The notes under the pieces are model-generated. The model was not told the DNA's origin and did not search any database. It saw only the letters and a program-made list of their open reading frames with translations. From the NCBI GenBank assembly GCA_015064845.1, contig SVRL01000007.1, positions 1,790-65,789 on the forward strand: 64,000 bases of DNA, given 5' to 3'. The DNA is from Oscillospiraceae bacterium. Its GTDB lineage: Bacteria; Bacillota; Clostridia; Oscillospirales; CAG-272. Positions within the stretch are counted from its first letter, which is position 1. Each line of letters begins with the position of its first letter. Below, piece by piece: positions 1-8,052 of this stretch. The translations under genes were made by a program, and so were the position numbers.

Positions 1-79
1 TGGAACCGCATCTGCCGTCGGAAAGAGCAGCGTAACCGCCGCCTGTGATGATGACTGTTTTATTTTGCAAAAAACCCAT
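1..79 (-). CDS. 5' end of a CDS that runs off the window (hypothetical; begins MGFLQNKTVIITGGG...)
   Basis: ATG at 79 on the minus strand follows AAAGGAGGA about 8 nt upstream. The frame is open to the window edge. Only 26 codons are visible, so no product can be assigned. Confidence 0.45.
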   Translation of the reverse strand, partial: MGFLQNKTVIITGGGYAALSDGRCGS

Positions 80-134
80 AGTGTAATCCTCCTTTGATTA
101 TAGATTTCAAAATATGAAAAATATTGTGCGTTTG

Positions 135-1946
135 TCAACGCGTGGGCGGAATCAATCCGAACCACACGCACATATTGCTTTCTCCTCTGTTGGCGAAAGC
201 GGCGTAGGGGATGAGCCGCAGAAGAAAAGGCTCAAACTCTCCGATCTTTTTGGAGTAAAGTGCTTTTTGTTCCTTTTTGCGGAACGCTTTGACGGAAACG
301 GTGTAACCGCAGAGCGCTTCGTTATATTTCCATGATGCCTCAAAATTGCCGTCAATGAAAAGAGCGTGCAGATTTTCGATATTGTCAATGGATTCGCCGG
401 CACAAACGTAAGGACCGCAACAAACGGCGGCTTTTCCGTTATTGGCGTAAATTTCGGGATTGCTTTCCACCAAAAAGGGACGGATTTCCAAATCCAGAAG
501 AATTTCTCCGTCGGGATTTTCAATGACGGCATATCCGTTTTCCACAGTATGGAATGCGTTCAGCGTGTAATTTTCGCACCAAGCGGGGATCCTTATGCAA
601 AGTCTGCCGACTTTTTCCGTTTTCAGAATGATTTTACCGCTTCTGGGGTAATCCGTTTGTTGAACGATTTTCATGTCGCCGATTTCGGCTTCCGAATCTG
701 CAAATTGGTTGACGTAAACGGTTTCGTTTTCATAACCGTAAATATAGTTTCCGAGTGAGGCAAGCACACGGTTGAGGTTTGGGGGACAGCAGGAGCAACC
801 GAAAAGCTCTGCGCGTGTGGGAATGGCGAATTTTTCTTTATAATCGGGGGAAGGGAATCGTTTGTAATTATTCAGGTTGATTTCCAACGGATTTTCGTAG
901 AAGAAGGATTTTCCGTCCAGAGAAAGTCCGCTGATCATGCCGTTATAAAGAATTCTTTCGATGAGATCCGCATACGCGGCGTTGTTTTCCGATTGCAGAA
1001 GTCTGTGAGCGAAAAACATGAGCGAGATGGCGGCGCAGGTTTCCGCATATGCTTTGTCGTTGAGAAGATCGTAACCGATGGTAAAGGTCTCCAAAAGTCT
1101 GGTGGAACCAATGCCTCCCGTGAGATACATTTTTTTCTCCGTGATATCCGCATAGAGCTTTTTGCAAACTTCCAAAAGTTCTTTGTCTTGTGTTTCAAAG
1201 GCAAGGTCTGCCATTGCGGAATACATATAGCAGGCGCGCACACAATGACCGACCGCTTCCGTTTGTTTTCGGACGGGCAAATGCGCCTGGGAGTGGGTGG
1301 CGGAAAATTCAAATCCGTCTTTCTCGTAGCCGCGTGCATCTAAAAAATGTTTGGCAAGGTTCAGATAACGTTTATTTCCCGTTGCACGGTACATGCGAAT
1401 CAAAGCAAGCTCAATTTCCTGATGTCCGGGTGCGGAAAATTTTGCCGTTTTTTCGGTAACGAAGGCTTTTTCAATACAGAGCGCATATTTTTCCATCAAT
1501 TTGAGAAATCTGTCCTTTCCCGTTGCCTCATAATAACCGACGGCGGCTTCCATCAGATGGCCTGCACAGTAAAGCTCGTGGCGTTCTCTGCCGGAAAAAC
1601 GGTTTTCCGGTTCGCATACCGTGAAATGGGTGTTGAAATAGCCGTCTTCCCATTGATTTTTTTCGATTTCGTCAATCAGGGATTCTAATTTTTCTTCTAA
1701 CGCGGGATCGGGTTTTTTATGAAGAATGTATGCTGCGGCTTCCATCCATTTGGCAACGTCGGAATCCCAGAAAATGTGGGGCCTATACGGTTCGCCTGTC
1801 TTCCAATCGCAACGGAAAGCGGAGATTCTGCCCGTATCATAAAATCTGTTGTAAACAGCTTGCATGGTAACAGCTTCGTTGAGCATTTGTTTTTCGTAAA
1901 GAAAACCGCCCTTTAACGTTACGTGATGATAAGGGAGCGTTATCAT
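135..1946 (-). CDS. Glycoside hydrolase family 127 (DUF1680-type beta-L-arabinofuranosidase-like)
   Basis: 603-aa ORF with a GGAGGA RBS. The N-terminus (LPYHHVTLKGGFL) and the Cys cluster (FGCSCCPPN) are typical of GH127 zinc/catalytic-Cys enzymes. Confidence 0.85.
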   Translation of the reverse strand: MITLPYHHVTLKGGFLYEKQMLNEAVTMQAVYNRFYDTGRISAFRCDWKTGEPYRPHIFWDSDVAKWMEAAAYILHKKPDPALEEKLESLIDEIEKNQWEDGYFNTHFTVCEPENRFSGRERHELYCAGHLMEAAVGYYEATGKDRFLKLMEKYALCIEKAFVTEKTAKFSAPGHQEIELALIRMYRATGNKRYLNLAKHFLDARGYEKDGFEFSATHSQAHLPVRKQTEAVGHCVRACYMYSAMADLAFETQDKELLEVCKKLYADITEKKMYLTGGIGSTRLLETFTIGYDLLNDKAYAETCAAISLMFFAHRLLQSENNAAYADLIERILYNGMISGLSLDGKSFFYENPLEINLNNYKRFPSPDYKEKFAIPTRAELFGCSCCPPNLNRVLASLGNYIYGYENETVYVNQFADSEAEIGDMKIVQQTDYPRSGKIILKTEKVGRLCIRIPAWCENYTLNAFHTVENGYAVIENPDGEILLDLEIRPFLVESNPEIYANNGKAAVCCGPYVCAGESIDNIENLHALFIDGNFEASWKYNEALCGYTVSVKAFRKKEQKALYSKKIGEFEPFLLRLIPYAAFANRGESNMCVWFGLIPPTR

Positions 1947-2080
1947 GACATGTCCTCCGTGCTAAAATCTTTGATTTTACTATAAATATTATAGCATTGA
2001 AAAAATAAAAAGTAAATCGGTATAAAAAATATTTTTGAAAAACGGCGATATGCCCAAAAGCGGAGAGTTTTTTTGTGAAA

Positions 2081-2115
2081 GCAAAATAAAAAGCTGTTGC
2101 CGAAACGGCAACAGC
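2081..2115 (-). terminator. Rho-independent terminator after rpsR
   Basis: Hairpin GCTGTTGCCG-AAA-CGGCAACAGC at 2093-2115, followed on the minus strand by a T-run. Confidence 0.8.
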
Positions 2116-2140
2116 CTGAATTATCAACTTCAAAAAAGAA

Positions 2141-2392
2141 TTATTCGCTGATGAAAGGAAGCAATGCTACGTGGCGTGCTCTCTTGATCGCATCAGTGAG
2201 TTCTCTCTGGTGTTTAGCGCAGGTACCGGTTACTCTGCGGGGAAGAATCTTAGAACGTTCGGAAACGAACTTTCTGAGTCTTGCAACATCTTTGTAGTCG
2301 ATTTTTTCAACTTTTTCTGCGCAGAAAACGCAAACTTTCTTTCTTCTGCGGTTTGCATTGTTCTGGCGTGCAGGTCTTTGTTCTCTATCCAT
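2141..2392 (-). CDS. rpsR: 30S ribosomal protein S18
   Basis: 83 aa. Contains [18 protein letters not shown]...[16 protein letters not shown], the canonical S18 sequence. GGAGG RBS. Confidence 0.97.
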   Translation of the reverse strand: MDREQRPARQNNANRRRKKVCVFCAEKVEKIDYKDVARLRKFVSERSKILPRRVTGTCAKHQRELTDAIKRARHVALLPFISE

Positions 2393-2427
2393 GATTGAAA
2401 CCTCCTTCTGTTATAATCGTGATTCGT

Positions 2428-2859
2428 TTAGAACGGCAGATCGTCATCGCCCGCGATTTCCTCGAATTTCGGAGCTTCCGAAATGGGAGTATTGAAAGCG
2501 GGAGCGGAATAACTGTCTGTTCTGCCGACAGATTCGCTTTTGCGTTCAACGAAGCTTGCTTCATCGGCAACGACTTCGGTTGCGTAACGCTTGTTACCGT
2601 TGTTATCGGTCCACGTTCTGGTCTGCAAAGAACCGCAGATGCAGATAGCACTGCCTTTTCTGAAGTATCTTGCGATAAATTCGGCAGTCGTTCTCCAAGC
2701 AACGATGTTGATAAAATCGGTCTGAGACTGTTCGCCTCTGGTGTACTTACGGGTAACACCGATTGAGAAAGAACATACGTTGACACCGTTTGTGGTTTGC
2801 TTGAGCTCGGGATCTGCCGTCATGTGACCGATCAAAATTACTTTGTTAAGGCTTGCCAT
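2428..2859 (-). CDS. ssb: Single-stranded DNA-binding protein
   Basis: 143 aa. OB-fold N-terminus (NKVILIGHMTADPEL) and acidic C-terminal tip DDDLPF. Classic rpsF-ssb-rpsR order. Confidence 0.96.
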   Translation of the reverse strand: MASLNKVILIGHMTADPELKQTTNGVNVCSFSIGVTRKYTRGEQSQTDFINIVAWRTTAEFIARYFRKGSAICICGSLQTRTWTDNNGNKRYATEVVADEASFVERKSESVGRTDSYSAPAFNTPISEAPKFEEIAGDDDLPF

Positions 2860-2881
2860 TGATCACATCTCCTTTGCAAAA

Positions 2882-3172
2882 TCAAGCTTTGATTGTCATA
2901 GAACGCATAACACCTTCAGTGATGTTGAAAATACGTTCGAGTTCGGCAACGAAGCTGGGAGCCGCGGTGTAGTTAACGAGAACGTAGTAGCCCTCAGTCA
3001 TATCATTGATCGGATATGCGAGTTTGCGCTTGCCCCATTCATTGAAAGATTCAATGGTACCGTTTTCTTCGATAAGCGCTTTGAACTTATTTACGAGAGC
3101 GGCGGTAGCTTCCTCTGTGCCTGTAGATTCAACGATATACATTGTTTCATAGGATACGAGTTTGTTTTCCAT
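2882..3172 (-). CDS. rpsF: 30S ribosomal protein S6
   Basis: I place the start at the internal ATG (MENKLVSYETMYIV...), which follows GAAGGAGG. The ORF-track start at 3229 has no RBS. S6-like sequence and operon context. Confidence 0.93.
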   Translation of the reverse strand: MENKLVSYETMYIVESTGTEEATAALVNKFKALIEENGTIESFNEWGKRKLAYPINDMTEGYYVLVNYTAAPSFVAELERIFNITEGVMRSMTIKA

Positions 3173-3294
3173 CTGATTGCACCTCCTTCTGGACATAAGG
3201 CCGCGAACATCAAGATTTATTCGCAGCAAGGAGAAAAAACATAGAAAGTTTTTTCCATCCTTGCTATTATATCACGGGTTGTTTCATTTGTCAA
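3173..3294 (-). promoter_or_regulatory. rpsF promoter plus structured 5' leader (candidate S6:S18 autoregulatory leader)
   Basis: On the minus strand, TTGACA (3289-3294), a 17-nt spacer and TATAAT (3266-3271). The roughly 90-nt leader folds into a long hairpin: AGCAAGGA..GAAAAAAC / GTTTTTTC..CCTTGCT. Confidence 0.6.
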
Positions 3295-3422
3295 TCTCTT
3301 TTTTGAAAATTCTTAAAAAATTCATGAATAATTTGTGAAAACAGTTGATTTTTTTGCAGAGCGTGATATACTTTATTATTATATATAAAATCATTGTGAT
3401 TTTGCGAAAGGATTCGGACGTT

Positions 3423-4964
3423 ATGAAATCTTCAAAGAAACCGAAATGGTTCCGCGATCTTCTGAGAAGAAGGCTTTTCTTCTGTCTTTTGATTCTCGTG
3501 CAGCTTGCGGGTCTTCTTTTTTATATTTTTAACGGGAGCAGAACTTCTCTTGTGATCAGCCGCGCTTTGCAATTGATCAGCATAGCGGTGGCGATCCACA
3601 TCATTTCCCGAAGGGATAAAGAGGCTTATAAGCTGACGTGGGTATTTTTTATTCTGATATTTCCCATTTTCGGCGGATTGCTCTATCTTTTTTTCTTTTG
3701 CCAGACACATTCGAGAAAATTTTTGAAAAGAGACGAGAAAATCCGCGATCGGATGCAATCCGCACGGCTTCCCGAATCGGCTTTTGCCGAGGCGGCAGAA
3801 AGTGTGCCCGACCGCGCAAGACAAATCGAATATCTGGAAAAATACGCGGGATTTCCGATCTATGAAAATGAAAGCGCGGAATATTTCTCTCCGGGAGAAA
3901 AATTTTGGGAACGCCTGCTTTGTGATCTGGCGGAAGCAAAGAGATATATTTTCATCGAGTCATTTATCATCGAGGACGGCGAAATGTGGGACCCCATCCT
4001 TTCCATTCTGAAAAGAAAAGCGGCAGAGAGCGTTGACGTGCGTATCCTTTACGATGATATGGGATGTTTCCTTCGTTTGCCGAAAAACTTTGCCGCGGAA
4101 CTTCGTAAGCACGGCATTCGGTGCAAGGTATTTAACCGTTTCGTTCCTTTGCTTTCGGCGGTTCAGAATTTCAGGGATCACAGAAAGATCGTTGCGATTG
4201 ACGGGCGCGTTGCTTATACGGGCGGTTTGAATATTGCCGATGAATATATCAACAAAACACAACCGTTCGGGCATTGGAAAGATGCCGGCGTACGTATAGA
4301 AGGCGAAGGAGCGTTTTCTTTTTCGCTTATGTTTTTGAAAATGTGGATGCTGGCAGGCCAGGATGAAACCGATCTTTCTGCTTATCTTCCCGAAAAAACG
4401 GAGAAGAGAAAAGTGTCGGACGGTTTTGTTCAGCCGTATGCTTCGGAACCCCTGGCTTCCAAAAATGTCTCGGAAGAGGTCTATATGCAGATCATTTCCA
4501 GAGCAAAGAAATACGTCTATATTGAAACGCCGTATCTGATTATTGATAACAGCATGATCTCCGCTTTGACGGTTGCCGCCAAAAGCGGCGTGGATATCCG
4601 TATTATGACTCCTTTCCACTGGGATAAACGATTCGTACATTTCATGACGCGCTCCTATTACCGCGAATTGCTTCGCGCAGGCATTAAAATTTATGAATAC
4701 ACGCCGGGGTTTATCCATTCGAAAGTTTTTATCAGCGATGACGAGATTGCGACGGTGGGATCGGCAAATATGGATTTCCGCAGTCTTTATCTGCAATTTG
4801 AGTGCGGCGTTTTCTTTTGCAAAACGAAAATGATTTCCGAGGTGCGTGACGATTTTCTGCAAACCGTTTCCGTTTGCAAAGAAATGACGGAGGAGGACTG
4901 TAAAAGCAATGCTTTCGTGCGGTTTTTGCAAGACCTTTTCCGGTTGTTTGCGCCGTTGCTTTGA
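3423..4964 (+). CDS. cls: Cardiolipin synthase (PLD superfamily)
   Basis: Two HKD motifs (HRKIVAIDG... and IHSKVFISDDEIATVGSANMD) and two N-terminal TM helices. Start placed at MKSSKKPKW after AAAGGA. Confidence 0.93.
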   Translation: MKSSKKPKWFRDLLRRRLFFCLLILVQLAGLLFYIFNGSRTSLVISRALQLISIAVAIHIISRRDKEAYKLTWVFFILIFPIFGGLLYLFFFCQTHSRKFLKRDEKIRDRMQSARLPESAFAEAAESVPDRARQIEYLEKYAGFPIYENESAEYFSPGEKFWERLLCDLAEAKRYIFIESFIIEDGEMWDPILSILKRKAAESVDVRILYDDMGCFLRLPKNFAAELRKHGIRCKVFNRFVPLLSAVQNFRDHRKIVAIDGRVAYTGGLNIADEYINKTQPFGHWKDAGVRIEGEGAFSFSLMFLKMWMLAGQDETDLSAYLPEKTEKRKVSDGFVQPYASEPLASKNVSEEVYMQIISRAKKYVYIETPYLIIDNSMISALTVAAKSGVDIRIMTPFHWDKRFVHFMTRSYYRELLRAGIKIYEYTPGFIHSKVFISDDEIATVGSANMDFRSLYLQFECGVFFCKTKMISEVRDDFLQTVSVCKEMTEEDCKSNAFVRFLQDLFRLFAPLL

Positions 4965-5075
4965 TATTTTCGACAGGCACCTTTTTTCAAACCTTGCATA
5001 TATTGTTCATAGGATACCTGCTTTCGGAAGAAAGTATGTTTCCGAATGACGACGAAAGGATTTTTATGACGATAT

Positions 5076-5936
5076 ATGGCACAAATCACAAACCAGGCTA
5101 ATCTGACATTCCGTTACGGAAGCGCGGTTGGCAATGCCGTTTCCAATATTGCAACGGCAACGCTCTTGGACCCGCTTTCCGTGGAAAAAACTTCTGTTGA
5201 CGAAACCTACCGTGCCGATGACCGTCTGACTTACGTGCTTTCCGTTCAGAATAACGGAAACGCGACCGTTACGGGCATCAATCTCGTGGATGATCTTGGC
5301 ACGTTTACGCTGGCAAACGGTACGACCGTAACACCGCTGACTTACGGCGATGCGGCGGCACTTTATATCAACGGTGAATACGCCGGCCCCATTACGGGAA
5401 CGGAGACATTGAATAGTGTTACTTTTACAATTCCTTCGCTTGCGCCCGGAGCGAACGCTTTGATTATTTATCAGGCTGTCATCAATGAATACTCTCCTCT
5501 GCTTTCCGGCTCTTCCATTGTGAATACGGTTACCGTTACCGCGCCTTCCGTTGGAACACCGATTACGGATACCAATACGGTTACCGCAGAGGATTATGCG
5601 GATATTACGATTCAGAAGGAAATGTCTCCCGATCCCGTTTCCGACGGCGACCGTCTGACCTATACTTTTACGATTACCAATACGGGTAATACGCCCGCGA
5701 CGGGTGTGGTGCTGACCGACGCCTTTAATCCCGCTCCGACTAATATTACCGTTACTGTGAACGGTCAGCCCGTTCCCGCAACCGATTACACCTATGAAGG
5801 AGGACTTCTGACATTGCCGACGGGGCCTTCTTACGAAATCACGGTTCCTGCGGCAACCGTAACGGAAAATCCCGATACGGGTGAAATTACCGTTGTTCCC
5901 GGAACTTTGGTGATTACTGTGGAAGGAACACTTTGA
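5076..5936 (+). CDS. DUF11/TIGR01451-type repeat-domain protein with no signal peptide
   Basis: 286 aa. Two copies of the repeat signature: DRLTYVLSVQNNGNATVTGINLVDDLG and DRLTYTFTITNTGNTPATGVVLTDAF. Thr/Val/Asn-rich beta-sandwich composition. Confidence 0.75.
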   Translation: MAQITNQANLTFRYGSAVGNAVSNIATATLLDPLSVEKTSVDETYRADDRLTYVLSVQNNGNATVTGINLVDDLGTFTLANGTTVTPLTYGDAAALYINGEYAGPITGTETLNSVTFTIPSLAPGANALIIYQAVINEYSPLLSGSSIVNTVTVTAPSVGTPITDTNTVTAEDYADITIQKEMSPDPVSDGDRLTYTFTITNTGNTPATGVVLTDAFNPAPTNITVTVNGQPVPATDYTYEGGLLTLPTGPSYEITVPAATVTENPDTGEITVVPGTLVITVEGTL

Positions 5937-5961
5937 TTTTCGGTTTTTTCGGAAAAAACAC

Positions 5962-5990
5962 TTGACTTTTTATGCATTATCGTATAAAAT
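5962..5990 (+). promoter_or_regulatory. Sigma-A-type promoter for the fhs leader
   Basis: TTGACT (5962-5967), a 17-nt spacer and TAAAAT (5985-5990). Confidence 0.65.
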
Positions 5991-6008
5991 TATAAGTAAT
6001 AACAAGGT

Positions 6009-6080
6009 CTTTTGTAACTGACGGAAGCGGAAAGAACCGCAATGGAAGCAAAAGGCAATAAAAGCCGACCGTCTGGGCAG
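6009..6080 (+). promoter_or_regulatory. ZTP (pfl-motif) riboswitch aptamer
   Basis: P1 is CTTTTG/CAAAAG. Conserved ACTGACGGAA is present. P2 is GCGG-AAAGAA-CCGC, followed by an A-rich linker and the 3' sub-domain GCCGACCGTCTGGGCA. It lies upstream of fhs, a classic ZTP-regulated gene. Confidence 0.85.
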
Positions 6081-6109
6081 TCTTATATTCGTATAAGACT
6101 GCCTTTTTT
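6076..6109 (+). terminator. Riboswitch expression-platform terminator
   Basis: 12-bp stem GGCAGTCTTATA-TTCG-TATAAGACTGCC followed by TTTTTT. Its 5' arm overlaps the aptamer's CTGGGCA. Confidence 0.85.
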
Positions 6110-6192
6110 GAAACCATCGGATTTTCTTTGAAGAAAACCCGAAAGACGAAAAGCGAATCTTGAACTGTCATGATCAGAAAGGATGTTTAACT

Positions 6193-7860
6193 ATGAAAAC
6201 CGATATCGAAATTGCGCAATCGACAAAGCTCCGTCCGATTACCGAAATTGCGGAAATTGCGGGAATTCCCGATGAAAACCTGGAGCAGTACGGAAAGTAC
6301 AAAGCCAAAATCAATCTTTCTCTGTTGAATGAAGCCAAAAAGCCCGATGGAAAACTGATTCTCGTAACGGCGATCACGCCGACAGCCGCGGGCGAAGGAA
6401 AAACCACAACCACGGTCGGTCTTGCCGACGGTTTGCGAAGAATTGGCAAAAATGCCATCGTTGCGCTTCGTGAACCCTCTCTCGGACCTGTTTTCGGTAT
6501 CAAAGGCGGCGCGGCGGGCGGCGGTTACGCGCAGGTCGTTCCGATGGAGGACATCAACTTGCATTTTACAGGCGACTTTCACGCCATCGGCGCGGCGAAC
6601 AATCTGCTTGCCGCAATGATCGATAACCACATTCATCACGGAAACTCCCTCGGCATCGATCCCAGAAAGATTACCTGGAAGCGTTGCGTGGATATGAACG
6701 ACAGACAGCTTCGTTTCGTTGTGGACGGTCTTGGCGGCGCGGCAAACGGAACGCCCCGTGAGGACGGTTACGATATTACCGTTGCTTCCGAAATCATGGC
6801 TGTTCTTTGTCTGGCTTCTTCCATTTCCGATCTCCGCGAAAGACTTGCAAAAATTATCATCGGTTATAATTATAAGGGAGAACCCGTAACTGCGCACGAT
6901 CTCAAAGCAGAGGGCGCAATGACGGCTTTGCTCCGTGATGCACTCTCTCCCAATCTCGTTCAGACCTTGGAAGCAACCCCCGCACTCGTTCACGGCGGTC
7001 CTTTTGCCAATATTGCTCACGGCTGTAACTCCGTTCTTGCCACACGCATGGCAATGAAGCTCGGTGATTACGCCGTTACCGAAGCGGGATTCGGCGCAGA
7101 TCTCGGTGCGGAAAAGTTTTTGGATATCAAATGCAGAACGGCGGGACTTACCCCCTCTGCGGTTGTTATCGTTGCAACCGTTCGCGCGCTCAAGATGCAC
7201 GGCGGTCTTGAAAAAACAGAGCTTGCAACGGAAAATTTGGAAGCACTTGAAAAAGGTATTCCCAATCTTTTGCGACACGTTTCCAATATCAGAGACGTTT
7301 ATCAATTGCCTTCCGTTGTTGCCGTTAACCGTTTCCCGACGGATACCGATGCGGAAATTCAGCTCATCATTGAAAAATGCCGCGAACTTGGCGTAAACGT
7401 TGCGCTTTCCACCGTTTGGGCAGAAGGAGGCAAGGGCGGAGAAGCGCTTGCAAAAGAAGTTGTCCGTCTTTGTGAGCTTCCCAACAATTTCTCTTTTGCT
7501 TACGATGATGAAGATTCCATCGAAGAAAAGATTCGCAAGATCGTTACGCGCGTATACAGAGGCGCGGGTGTTTCCATTGAATCTGCCGCGAAAAAGCAGA
7601 TCGCTGCTTTGACGGCGCTCGGCTTCGATAAACTTCCCGTTTGTATGGCAAAAACACAGTACAGCTTCTCCGACGATCAGAAGCTTCTCGGTGCGCCCGA
7701 AGGCTTCAAGGTTACCGTTCGCAACGTGAAGATCGCCGCAGGCGCAGGCTTTATCGTCGTTTTGACGGGTAACATCATGACCATGCCCGGACTTCCCAAG
7801 GTTCCCGCCGCAGAACGCATTGACGTTGCGGAAGACGGACGCATTATCGGTCTGTTTTGA
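6193..7860 (+). CDS. fhs: Formate--tetrahydrofolate ligase
   Basis: N-terminus MKTDIEIAQ..., P-loop [17 protein letters not shown] and C-terminal DGRIIGLF. Start placed at the internal ATG at 6193. Confidence 0.97.
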   Translation: MKTDIEIAQSTKLRPITEIAEIAGIPDENLEQYGKYKAKINLSLLNEAKKPDGKLILVTAITPTAAGEGKTTTTVGLADGLRRIGKNAIVALREPSLGPVFGIKGGAAGGGYAQVVPMEDINLHFTGDFHAIGAANNLLAAMIDNHIHHGNSLGIDPRKITWKRCVDMNDRQLRFVVDGLGGAANGTPREDGYDITVASEIMAVLCLASSISDLRERLAKIIIGYNYKGEPVTAHDLKAEGAMTALLRDALSPNLVQTLEATPALVHGGPFANIAHGCNSVLATRMAMKLGDYAVTEAGFGADLGAEKFLDIKCRTAGLTPSAVVIVATVRALKMHGGLEKTELATENLEALEKGIPNLLRHVSNIRDVYQLPSVVAVNRFPTDTDAEIQLIIEKCRELGVNVALSTVWAEGGKGGEALAKEVVRLCELPNNFSFAYDDEDSIEEKIRKIVTRVYRGAGVSIESAAKKQIAALTALGFDKLPVCMAKTQYSFSDDQKLLGAPEGFKVTVRNVKIAAGAGFIVVLTGNIMTMPGLPKVPAAERIDVAEDGRIIGLF

Positions 7861-7885
7861 TTCTGTTAAAATTGATATAAAATCA

Positions 7886-7928
7886 AACTCCCCCGCTCCG
7901 ATCAATATCGGTCTGCGAGGGAGTTTTT
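7886..7928 (+). terminator. fhs terminator
   Basis: AAACTCCC...GGGAGTTTTT hairpin followed by a T-run. Confidence 0.7.
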
Positions 7929-7940
7929 GTCATATTACCG

Positions 7941-8052
7941 GGAAATTGCTTGGCTTAGCTCCGCCGTCGAATTGAGTGCCAAGTCAGAACAAACTGCGAT
8001 ACGGGGGCACACAGATTGCAAGCAATCCGTTAGGGGGGCGGCAACCTGCCGC
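7941..8052 (+). repeat. Intergenic repeat-family copy U1
   Basis: Shares GAAATTG...CCGCCGT...AAACTGCGATACGGG...GGCGGCAAC(C/T)TGCCGC with 17801-17892, including an identical 15-mer (AAACTGCGATACGGG). Confidence 0.7.

Noticed and set aside
6009-6080. THF riboswitch upstream of the folate-related gene fhs.
   Set aside because: The conserved blocks (ACTGACGG, CCGACCGTCTGGGCA) and the two-subdomain layout match the ZTP/pfl motif, not the THF-I or THF-II aptamers.
6187-7905. 572-aa ORF on the minus strand.
   Set aside because: It is antisense to fhs. Other long antisense shadows were rejected for the same reason: 3960-4931 (-), 23896-25224 (+), 25368-26081 (-), 30081-31331 (-), 31507-32658 (-), 47062-47898 (-), 48119-48919 (-), 49046-50458 (-), 50476-51714 (-) and 53953-55221 (-).
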